Below are positions 1 to 7,185 of a stretch of 24,000 nucleotides of DNA, one piece after another. Under the pieces are notes generated by a model. It ran no database searches. It was not told where the DNA came from and saw only the letters and a program-made list of their open reading frames with translations. Position 1 is the first letter of the stretch. Every line of letters begins with the position of its first letter. This stretch comes from Chamaesiphon sp. (GTDB taxonomy: Bacteria > Cyanobacteriota > Cyanobacteriia > Cyanobacteriales > Chamaesiphonaceae): the NCBI GenBank assembly GCA_041738715.1, contig JBGSPI010000130.1, forward strand, positions 1-24,000, read 5' to 3'. The position numbers and the translations under genes were made by a program.

Positions 1-100
1 GTCGATTCAATGTCTAGTAATTGGCAGGTTGTTGTTGAATTAATGTCTTTATCCCCACACAAACTACCTAATTATCAACAAGGCTTGAGAGCTATGAGGC

Positions 101-454
101 TTATTCTATCAGCTTTATAGGCGGCTTGTCGCCCCGACAGGCACCTAGGATAAATGCCCCAATCATCAGCCAAACAATGCGATCGCCCAATGAAGCAAAC
201 ATTTGCGCTTGGGGTAACACCCCAGTTACAACCAGTGTTAACGCCGCAAAGATTGCCACATAGCTCACCTTTAATTGTGTCGATGTCCAAGTAATTACGG
301 TGATCCCGAAAATTAGGAGCGACAACCGACCAGCTATTGCCAGATCTGCAATTAAACTTACGCCGATGGCGACTCCAATTACGCCCAAAAAAGGGAATAA
401 AAGTTTGAGTCGGTTTCGGTATTGAAAAATATTAGAGTCGATCGAGTTCATCAA
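101..454 (-). pseudogene. N-terminal fragment of an SLC13/DASS-type (ArsB/NhaD superfamily) anion permease, truncated and probably frameshifted
   Basis: The 117-aa ORF is hydrophobic, and LGDRIVWLMIGAFILG resembles the N-terminal helices of SLC13 permeases. The reading frame stops at 101. A +1 frame (tail of ORF 75..290) continues with LSGRQAAYKADRISLIALKPC and then also stops. Full-length family members are several-fold longer, and no further coding sequence is visible toward position 1. Confidence 0.4.
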
Positions 455-658
455 TTGTCTGCCCGATTAAGAACTGCAATGGTTAGTTTTCGCACCTTAG
501 CTCTAAACTTAACTAGTTATTAACCTCAGCTTAATCATTGCTAATAAGAAGACAATGAAGAATAGATGAGAAATTTCTTAGATTAGCGATTCTGACTCGA
601 TCGAAAGTCTAGGTTATCCTAAAAGGTGTTCCTTGTTGCGTGCTTGTGATTAGCTGCT

Positions 659-1330
659 ATGCCCCATATTTTGATTGTGGAAGACGAACCTCGGATTGCT
701 GCTTTTGTCGAGAAAGGGTTGAAGTCCAGTGGCTACACAACAGATGTGGTTGCAGATGCCCTAACCGCAGTAGAGGTTGCCCTAAATAATTCTTGTGATT
801 TGATCCTGTTGGATTTGGGTTTGCCAGGTAAAGACGGTTTAGCTGTTTTGGAAGAGTTGCGCGGGCAAGGATGTAATACACCAATCGTCATTTTAACCGC
901 ACGTGACGATCTTCAAGATAAAGTGGCCGGATTTAAGCGTGGAGCGAATGATTATGTGACGAAACCCTTCCGATTTGAAGAATTGCTGCTGCGGATTGAA
1001 GCTAGATTGCGAGATCGAGTGCCAGATGTCCCCTTCGCCGAATCACTCATGTTGCAAGTAGGTGATCTGTGCCTGGATTTAAGAACTCATCAAGTCAAGG
1101 TCGCCGAGCAATGGGTCGAATTTCCCGGTCGCGAGTTCAACCTTGCGGAGATGTTTTTTCGCCATCCTGGACAGATATTGACGCGGGAGCAGTTACTCGA
1201 TCGCGTGTGGGGCTATAGTTACGATCCTGGCTCGAATGTGGTCGATGTCTATGTGGGCTATCTCCGCAAAAAATTAGGCAGTGATCGGATTGAAACTGTG
1301 CGCGGGGTGGGCTATCGGCTGCGCGCTTAG
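659..1330 (+). CDS. OmpR/PhoB-family response regulator (receiver plus winged-helix DNA-binding domain)
   Basis: The receiver motifs are present: ILIVEDE, LLDLGLPGKDG (phospho-acceptor Asp), ILTARD and TKPF. The C-terminus has the winged-helix signature LTREQLLDRVWG...VDVYVGYLRKKL...TVRGVGYRL. Confidence 0.9.
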   Translation: MPHILIVEDEPRIAAFVEKGLKSSGYTTDVVADALTAVEVALNNSCDLILLDLGLPGKDGLAVLEELRGQGCNTPIVILTARDDLQDKVAGFKRGANDYVTKPFRFEELLLRIEARLRDRVPDVPFAESLMLQVGDLCLDLRTHQVKVAEQWVEFPGREFNLAEMFFRHPGQILTREQLLDRVWGYSYDPGSNVVDVYVGYLRKKLGSDRIETVRGVGYRLRA

Positions 1331-1550
1331 TTGCATAATTAATAAATCAGCAAATGGTCAAAATGACAACTATCTTCTTGGTAGATTAGGTAATAATTTC
1401 CGCTCTAGGGATAGAAAAGCTATTAGATAATTCTCCTTTATTTAGATCCATTCATGTTGATAAATAAAGTAAAATTATGACTTCACTCGTCAAAAATATT
1501 CAAGATGAGTAAATCTAGCTATTTGCACATCACAACACTCTGATCTCTGA

Positions 1551-1907
1551 ATGAACCGAATTCTGATTGTTGAAGATGAAAGTCGATTAGCGGCTTTTGT
1601 CGAGAAAGGGCTGCGTCGATCTGGGTTTGATACTACCATCGCTGAAGATGGTCAGATTGCTCTAAATCTTTTAGCAGCAGAAAATTTTGACCTCGTATTG
1701 CTCGATTTAGGTTTACCAATTATTGATGGTTGGACGGTATTAAAACAAATGCGTCAACAGGGGCAAATAATCCCCACGATCGTGATTACGGCAATGGGCG
1801 ACAATGGCAATTTCGATCGAGCAGTCTCTATGGGTGCTAATGCCTTTGTCTTAAAGCCATTTAAATTTCGCGAACTGTTAGATTGTATTCAACGATTATT
1901 AACTTAA
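1551..1907 (+). CDS. Single-domain CheY-like response regulator (receiver only)
   Basis: The 118-aa product has ILIVEDE, LLDLGLPIIDG, VITAM and LKPF. Its N-terminus is clearly paralogous to the receiver of the upstream regulator (shared AAFVEKGL). It has no output domain. Confidence 0.85.
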   Translation: MNRILIVEDESRLAAFVEKGLRRSGFDTTIAEDGQIALNLLAAENFDLVLLDLGLPIIDGWTVLKQMRQQGQIIPTIVITAMGDNGNFDRAVSMGANAFVLKPFKFRELLDCIQRLLT

Positions 1908-1942
1908 ATTACTAGTTACGGCGTTGCTGGGGTCATTACATT

Positions 1943-3322
1943 TCACCGTTTAACTAAAATATATGCCTTTGTATATTCGGGTAACTTCCGAGTATAAGCG
2001 GTGAATTCATCTTTGCTATTAAATACTCCAGCTAAAAAGTCTAACTGATGCAAATTAGGCAAAAATGCTCCACCTGTATCGGCAATAATCCCCATTTGTA
2101 ACTGTGGTTTACCTCCACGGGAATGTTCGATCGCGATAATTTTACCCAAGCCAATATTTAACACATCTCCGGCAAATGTGACACCTGGTTTAATCGAGAT
2201 CTTTGTCTCGATCGAATCACCATAACCCTTAATCGCCGTTACAGGTTTAAAATACCAGTAACGCTGTTGTTCTGTGGGCGTTAATCCTTTGACAAAGGGA
2301 ATACCATTATTTCGATCAACATTAAAAAATTCTGATGTACCATCAGTAAATTTAACTAAAATTGTCCCTTCCATCAAAGCTGATTCCAGTCCCTCGCGAT
2401 CGAGATAGGCTAGCGGTTCAACAGTTCCGAATTCTTTACCATTAGGTTCATAGATATTTTTCAATACATCTTGTTTTGTGTATTTAAGTCTTAATTCTTC
2501 AGTATTTGAATTAGGTTTAAGAGCATAGATTCCCACATTAAATTCCTGAGTAGGTTTCCGAGAACCAGGATGAGTAAAGACCGCATATTTAGTCAAACGT
2601 AGCCGTTTTTCATCTTGATTCACCGGATTAAATGCCGTCCATTGAATTGTCCGAAAGTGTTTGTTAATAAATTTTGGATCTTGGAGTCTGATTGGGCGTT
2701 TGGCTTGCATATCCTGCTGGAGTGTCAACACCATGAAATCCAGTGTTTTAGTCACTTCACTAACTTTTATCCCTTGAGTAGCTAAAATTCCTTCCCGTTG
2801 CAGATCCGGATCGCTATTCCATCGATCTTGAAAATATTGCCGCGTGTTATTCAAAACTACCAGCAAATCTGATGGATTAAAATTTACTTTAACCGTGGGT
2901 AGTTGGGTGGGTTTAAATATTTCCTGACTCCGGGCGACGAATTGAGGTTTTTTCAACTCATCAATTACTTGATACTCGCCAGCTTGTAATGGTTTACTGG
3001 TAGGGGTAAGTGTTGGTAATGTTGGAATGCTGGGAATTAAGCCAGCATTTGGCGCGGGTGCAACTGTTGGTGTTGGCTGAATGCTAGTGGGAGTCGGTGA
3101 GGGGGAAATTGTTGGTTTTGGCTGAGTGCTAATTGAGGTAGTGGGTGAGGGTGAAGCTATTGGTGTTGGCTGAAGGCTAATTGAGGGAGTTGGGGTGGGT
3201 GAAACTATTGGCGGAATGGGTGTTAAAGGTTTAGCGACAGGACGATTACAAGCCGTTAAAACGATCGAACTGATGCCAATAAGTAGTGCGGAGTATTTCA
3301 CTTGATTAAATTCAGGACTCAA
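1943..3322 (-). CDS. mltA: MltA-like lytic murein transglycosylase lipoprotein with a Pro/Thr-rich linker
   Basis: The signal peptide ends in the lipobox LTAC. A P/T/S-rich repetitive linker follows. The C-terminus resembles the MltA and 3D domains (ALMEGTILVKFTDG..., IADTGGAF...LDFLAGVF). Confidence 0.7.
   Translation of the reverse strand: MSPEFNQVKYSALLIGISSIVLTACNRPVAKPLTPIPPIVSPTPTPSISLQPTPIASPSPTTSISTQPKPTISPSPTPTSIQPTPTVAPAPNAGLIPSIPTLPTLTPTSKPLQAGEYQVIDELKKPQFVARSQEIFKPTQLPTVKVNFNPSDLLVVLNNTRQYFQDRWNSDPDLQREGILATQGIKVSEVTKTLDFMVLTLQQDMQAKRPIRLQDPKFINKHFRTIQWTAFNPVNQDEKRLRLTKYAVFTHPGSRKPTQEFNVGIYALKPNSNTEELRLKYTKQDVLKNIYEPNGKEFGTVEPLAYLDREGLESALMEGTILVKFTDGTSEFFNVDRNNGIPFVKGLTPTEQQRYWYFKPVTAIKGYGDSIETKISIKPGVTFAGDVLNIGLGKIIAIEHSRGGKPQLQMGIIADTGGAFLPNLHQLDFLAGVFNSKDEFTAYTRKLPEYTKAYILVKR
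3040..3235 (-). repeat. Imperfect in-frame tandem repeats (~48 bp, about 3 units) encoding the P/T-rich linker of the MltA-like protein
   Basis: The protein shows repeated units of the form SPTPTPSISLQPTP / SPSPTTSISTQPKP / SPSPTPTSIQPTPT. The DNA shows recurring ggtgttggctga..ctaattgagg motifs. Boundaries are approximate. Confidence 0.5.
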
Positions 3323-3434
3323 GAGTTGAAAATTGGGTTCTACGATTCACCCTTCTGCTGATGCAAACGCTACGTGTTGGCGCAGCCTGTGCGTTGCGCT
3401 TACGACAAGCTCAGGGCAAGCTATTCACTATCCA

Positions 3435-4601
3435 CTAACTCAACAATTTCTGGATTCTCTCACCAGTGCGTTGATTTTCCGATGGAGAACCAATCGAAAT
3501 TCGCAATCCGCCACCCGTATATCTAATCAAAGTTCCCTGTTTTTTCAACTGTGCGACTAGCTCTGCCATTGCCAAATCAGGGTTACTTAAACCCTGAATT
3601 CTGGCATACAAGAAATTAGCATTACTTCGCCAGATTTCGAGATGATTAATTTTAGCTAATTGATTAAATAATCGATCGCGTTCACCAATTATTTCAGGAA
3701 TAACTGCAAGTAGCGAATTACGATTTTTCAAGACTAATTCTGCGGCTGCAAGTGAAAAACTTGGTAAATTATAGGGCAACCTGACTTTCTCCAATGCCGC
3801 GATTAATTGGGGATCCCCAATCCCATAACCCACACGATGAGCCGCTAGTCGAAATGCTTTCGAGAAAGTGCGCAACACAATCCAATTTGGTCGTTGGGTT
3901 AATTCAGCTACTACTGTATGTTGACTGAACTCAAAATAAGCTTCATCCACTACTACTAAAATATCTGACGGCAAACTGCGTAACCATTCTAATTCAGCTA
4001 CCGTCAAGGCATTACTAGTTGGTGAATTAGGATGCACCATAAAGACCACCCGAATCGGTGGATCTGTTTGAGTATCAATAGCCTTCTGCGCCGCCGCTAA
4101 ATCCACTGCAAAATCCACTGGAGATCGATCGACACTCACCACTGGAATCCCCAATGTTTGGGCTAAAATTCCATACATACTAAACGTAGGATTAGCGACT
4201 AAAATACTGCCGGCACCATCGATACAAGTAGCGATTAAAATCGATCGAATTAACTCATCCGAACCATTCCCTACCGTAATCCGATCGGGTAAAATTTCGA
4301 GATTACCACCCGCCGATTCTGCTATATATTTGGCGATCGCCACCTTGAGATTACCATGTCCACCATCAGGATAACGATTGCTCTCGATCGATTTCACCCA
4401 GATCTGCGCTAACTCCTCCTTCAGAGCTAATGGCAAATCGTAGGGATTTTCGTTCGTATCCAATCGATCAATCTCCATCGCCACAGATTGCCCATCAGTA
4501 CCACCAGGATGGGGCGTGTAGGCTTGGAACCTCGTAAGTTCGGGACGAACGAAGGATAGTGCGGTTGTTGTTGGCGGAACGCTCTGCTGATCGGTAGTCA
4601 T
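3435..4601 (-). CDS. hisC: Histidinol-phosphate aminotransferase
   Basis: The product carries the TNENPYDLP motif and the PLP-lysine context RTFSKAFRLAAHRVGYG, and it has class-II aminotransferase length. I place the start at the ATG at 4601 (MTTDQQ...). The track ORF extends to a GTG at 4661, inside the hairpin-rich IscB element end. Confidence 0.85.
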   Translation of the reverse strand: MTTDQQSVPPTTTALSFVRPELTRFQAYTPHPGGTDGQSVAMEIDRLDTNENPYDLPLALKEELAQIWVKSIESNRYPDGGHGNLKVAIAKYIAESAGGNLEILPDRITVGNGSDELIRSILIATCIDGAGSILVANPTFSMYGILAQTLGIPVVSVDRSPVDFAVDLAAAQKAIDTQTDPPIRVVFMVHPNSPTSNALTVAELEWLRSLPSDILVVVDEAYFEFSQHTVVAELTQRPNWIVLRTFSKAFRLAAHRVGYGIGDPQLIAALEKVRLPYNLPSFSLAAAELVLKNRNSLLAVIPEIIGERDRLFNQLAKINHLEIWRSNANFLYARIQGLSNPDLAMAELVAQLKKQGTLIRYTGGGLRISIGSPSENQRTGERIQKLLS

Positions 4602-4687
4602 AAGAAAATAATGGGAGGTCGGGAAACCCCGTCGTTTCAACGCGGGGAGGAACGACGACACGAGCGGTTTTAACCGCTTGAATGCGC

Positions 4688-6016
4688 CTACGAGTGAAAC
4701 TGGTAGTTGTATCCGTCTTTACGATGAATCACTTCACAATATTTATGACTAATACCCTGCACTAAACCAATTTTTGTTGAGATGTTAAATGACCCTGATG
4801 TTCTAACCGCAATCCGACCGACATAAAGACCTATCTTCTTGCCAGTTGTCACAACAGATTTCACAATATCTCCTGTTTGAAATCCTCTAACAAATTTGTC
4901 GCGGGGGACAAATCGGTTAGGGAATCCAAACTTATCGGTACGGCACATCTGTCTAGTGCCGTGACCTTGTGCTTTAATCAGCAACGGTTGAGTAATTAGC
5001 ACGAATAGAGTTTCAACAACACCAACACAAGCGGCATCCAGCCAGTGAGTTTTAGGTAAACCCAATCGAGTCCTGTTGAACTTAGTTAAGCCACCAGAAC
5101 ACGTTTTCACTGGTAATTCAGTCGCTTTTAGAGCATTGAATAATGCCCATCGAGTTGAGTTAATCGCAGCCGCATCCTTTAAGGGACGTTTAGCTTGAAG
5201 TTGGATTTTCTTCAGCAATTCAGGTTTCTTTGACAAGAAATCTTTAATATCCAAAGTTCCTTTCTTCTGGTTACACTTTTCACAAGCCAAGCATAAATTA
5301 GAGATCCGATTAGATCCTCCTTTAGCCTTGGGTTGGATATGTTCAATTTGAAGCGGAACATTTTCAACCTGACAGTAGGCGCATTTTCGCGCCCACTTAT
5401 TGAGTAGGTATTCGCGAACTTCGTAGCCTAATAATTCGCCTTGCTGGTATTCAACCCCAGAGATTTCAGGATTCTCTAACTGCTGAAGATCGAAGCGAAC
5501 CAACTCTTGAACAATCGAGCCAATCGGTGCGAACTTAATTAGTTTGTTAACCCAAGTTAGAGTCGTGTCAACTCGATGTTGGAGGCTAGGAGCTAACCAA
5601 CCCTTTGCCCTTGTTCGATTGAGAAATCTGGCTTGACGATATCGAGTCTTTCGGTTGCGCCTGCCGCGTCGCAATTGACGACGGGACAATAGTGCAGCTT
5701 TGATGGTTGCACCTCGATGAGTTAGTTCCGCCGCCCAAATAACCTTGTCGTTTTGAAGCAATGCGATACCAGTAGTTTTACTACCAGGGTCAAGTTTGAC
5801 AACGATAGGAGTTGGGGTTCGATCGACTTCAGACTTGCGGCGCATCGAAGTTGAGGTTTCCTCAACTTTGTGTGCGTCAAGACAGAGGATGATCGTAAAT
5901 GGGTAAACCCTGTAGACAGCAGCTTTGCCAGCCTTGAGTAGCCGTCTAGCCGCCCCTGGATGGATTGGATCTAATGGTTGTTTATTTGAGTTGAGAACGA
6001 AAGTGAAATTAGACAT
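4688..6016 (-). CDS. iscB: IscB RNA-guided endonuclease (PLMP-like N-terminus, RuvC-I, Arg-rich bridge helix, RuvC-II, HNH, RuvC-III, C-terminal TAM-interacting region)
   Basis: Motifs in N-to-C order:
- PLMP-like region: NKQPLDPIHPGAARRLLKAGKA
- RuvC-I: VKLDPGSKTTGIALL
- bridge helix: RRQLRRGRRNRKTRYRQARFLNR
- RuvC-II: IVQELVRFD
- HNH with two Cys pairs: CAYC...LQIEHIQPKAKGGSNRISNLCLACEKCNQKKG
- RuvC-III: THWLDAACVG
I place the start at the ATG at 6016 (MSNFTFVL), which is preceded by AAGGAGG (complement of 6023-6029). The track ORF adds 12 upstream codons that lie in the omega-RNA region. Confidence 0.85.
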   Translation of the reverse strand: MSNFTFVLNSNKQPLDPIHPGAARRLLKAGKAAVYRVYPFTIILCLDAHKVEETSTSMRRKSEVDRTPTPIVVKLDPGSKTTGIALLQNDKVIWAAELTHRGATIKAALLSRRQLRRGRRNRKTRYRQARFLNRTRAKGWLAPSLQHRVDTTLTWVNKLIKFAPIGSIVQELVRFDLQQLENPEISGVEYQQGELLGYEVREYLLNKWARKCAYCQVENVPLQIEHIQPKAKGGSNRISNLCLACEKCNQKKGTLDIKDFLSKKPELLKKIQLQAKRPLKDAAAINSTRWALFNALKATELPVKTCSGGLTKFNRTRLGLPKTHWLDAACVGVVETLFVLITQPLLIKAQGHGTRQMCRTDKFGFPNRFVPRDKFVRGFQTGDIVKSVVTTGKKIGLYVGRIAVRTSGSFNISTKIGLVQGISHKYCEVIHRKDGYNYQFHS

Positions 6017-6290
6017 TACTGTCCTCCTTGCGGGTAATGTTTGCTTCGTCAATGTTATTTAGGCTTGTGGTCGGGTCGGCGACCCGACCGGCTAAACGCA
6101 CTGTTCCAGTGACCTTAGAACTGTTTAACGAGTAGCGATAGAGCAAGGGACTAGCACGCATCCCAGGATATCGTGACCTAATTAACGTAGCTAGATTGCT
6201 CTAGCTAAGACTGGTCAGCACGGCATTAGACTAAGTAGCCTGATGCCCCGTCTCTTCAGAGCGGGGTTGCTGACGGTGAGTTGGCGCAAG
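6017..6290 (-). ncRNA. Candidate IscB omega-RNA (HEARO-class RNA). The 5' boundary and guide position are not resolved.
   Basis: This stretch directly upstream of iscB has no plausible long ORF and is dense in stems:
- 9-bp stem 6070-6078/6082-6090 (ggtcgggtc/gacccgacc)
- 7-bp stem 6190-6196/6201-6207 (agctaga/tctagct)
- bulged stem ccccgtctc/gagcgggg at ~6246-6266
- long-range ggtcagc (~6213) with gctgacg (~6269)
Its position and size match what is known for IscB omega-RNAs. Confidence 0.5.
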
Positions 6291-6416
6291 TCTGAACTCT
6301 TATCATAGATCGATCGCTGGTATTAGTCGGCATAAATCTGCTGCGGTGGAATCACGAGACGGCTCTACTCCCTACTGCAAAATTTTCAACCCTCAGAAAA
6401 AAATATCGTTTAGGTA

Positions 6417-6445
6417 TTGACAGCGAGAAAAATATCCCGTATATT
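6417..6445 (+). promoter_or_regulatory. Sigma-70-type promoter of tRNA-Glu
   Basis: TTGACA (6417-6422), a 17-nt spacer and TATATT (6440-6445). The -10 element ends 18 nt before the mature tRNA 5' end. Confidence 0.6.
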
Positions 6446-6463
6446 GATAAATGTCTGAAACGC

Positions 6464-6536
6464 GCCCCCATCGTCTAGAGGCCTAGGACACCTCCCTTTC
6501 ACGGAGGCGACAGGGATTCGATTTCCCTTGGGGGTA
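6464..6536 (+). tRNA. trnE: tRNA-Glu (anticodon UUC), CCA not encoded
   Basis: GCCCCCATCGTCTAGAGGCCTAGGACACCTCCCTTTCACGGAGGCGACAGGGATTCGATTTCCCTTGGGGGTA. It folds as a cloverleaf with acceptor GCCCCCA/TGGGGGT (G1-U72), anticodon loop CTTTCAC and a T-arm with GGATTCGATTTCC. It is very close to cyanobacterial and plastid tRNA-Glu. Confidence 0.95.
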
Positions 6537-6554
6537 TTTCAGAAATGATCAGTA

Positions 6555-6593
6555 AAAGAGGTCAGACAAAACTTGTCTGACCTCTTTTGTTTT
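6555..6593 (+). terminator. Rho-independent terminator of tRNA-Glu
   Basis: A perfect 15-bp stem (AAAGAGGTCAGACAA 6555-6569 with TTGTCTGACCTCTTT 6573-6587) and a 3-nt loop, followed by TGTTTT. Confidence 0.8.
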
Positions 6594-6618
6594 GGCAATA
6601 ATCTGTTGAAATTAAAAG

Positions 6619-7176
6619 ATGCAAGTCACCCAGACCCCTTTACCCGGCGTGCTTTTGTTTGAACCGCAAACATTTACTGACAATCGTGGCTGGTTTATCG
6701 AATCCTACAACGAAGAGAAGTATAGTAAAGCGGGTTTAACAGCCAAATTCGTCCAAGACAATCATTCATACTCCATCAAAAATGTGGTGCGGGGATTGCA
6801 CTTTCAGCAACATCATCCCCAAGGAAAATTAGTCCGAGTAGTCGTCGGCGAGGTGTTGGATGTAGCCGTAGATATTCGACGGGGTTCTCCCACGTTCGGA
6901 GAATGGTTTGGGGTAAGATTATCAGCAAGTAACAAGAAACAATTGTATATTCCACCAAATTTCGCCCATGGATTTTCGGTGCTGAGTGACAGTGCCGAAT
7001 TTCTATACAAGTGTACAGACTTTTATCATCCCGGCGATGAGATTGGACTACTGTGGAACGACTCCCGCGTCAATGTCGATTGGCAAATAGAGGGGGAAGC
7101 GATTGTATCAGAGAAAGATGCCATGTTACCAACATTGGAAGATGTTCACGATCGATTACCCATCTATACTGGCTAA
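6619..7176 (+). CDS. rfbC: dTDP-4-dehydrorhamnose 3,5-epimerase
   Basis: The 185-aa cupin has F.D.RG.F.E, RGLHFQ, the KLVRVV.GEV.DVAVD.R block and FAHGF, all typical of RmlC. Confidence 0.9.
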   Translation: MQVTQTPLPGVLLFEPQTFTDNRGWFIESYNEEKYSKAGLTAKFVQDNHSYSIKNVVRGLHFQQHHPQGKLVRVVVGEVLDVAVDIRRGSPTFGEWFGVRLSASNKKQLYIPPNFAHGFSVLSDSAEFLYKCTDFYHPGDEIGLLWNDSRVNVDWQIEGEAIVSEKDAMLPTLEDVHDRLPIYTG

Positions 7177-7185
7177 ATAATCCAA

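Larger units (their letters stand above)
4610..6300 (-). mobile_element. Non-autonomous IS200/IS605-type OMEGA element carrying iscB and its omega-RNA but no tnpA. Both boundaries are approximate.
   Basis: The iscB CDS has a structured non-coding region 5' of it. Hairpins lie 3' of its stop codon (stems 4630-4636/4651-4657 and 4664-4669/4672-4677). No Y1 transposase ORF is present anywhere in the window. Confidence 0.55.

Noticed and set aside
75-290. A 71-aa minus-strand ORF overlapping the permease fragment
   Set aside because: Its N-terminal part is off-frame noise. Only its C-terminal tail is relevant, as the probable continuation of the frameshifted permease, so it is not an independent gene.
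657-884. A 75-aa minus-strand ORF overlapping the response-regulator start
   Set aside because: It is antisense to a confident CDS and has no features of a real protein.
1331-1550. Tiny ORFs in the AT-rich spacer between the two response regulators (e.g. ATGACTTCACTCGTCAAAAATATTCAAGATGAGTAA, 11 codons)
   Set aside because: They are too short, have no ribosome-binding site or conservation evidence, and are indistinguishable from chance in AT-rich DNA.
3333-3560. A 75-aa plus-strand ORF between mltA and hisC
   Set aside because: Most of it is antisense to the hisC 3' end. Its composition is not protein-like, and there is no ribosome-binding site.
4602-4661. A 20-codon GTG-initiated extension of hisC
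   Set aside because: It runs through the hairpins at the IscB element end and encodes a basic, non-conserved peptide. The ATG at 4601 gives a typical HisC N-terminus.
6017-6052. A 12-codon N-terminal extension of the IscB ORF (MTKQTLPARRTV)
   Set aside because: The downstream ATG at 6016 has a strong AAGGAGG ribosome-binding site, and IscB homologues begin near the PLMP-type motif. The extension lies in the structured omega-RNA region.
4610-6300. A TnpA (Y1 HUH transposase) or TnpB partner for the IscB element
   Set aside because: No ORF with HUH or Y1 motifs, and no TnpB-like RuvC protein, is present beside the element or elsewhere in the six-frame track. The element therefore appears non-autonomous.
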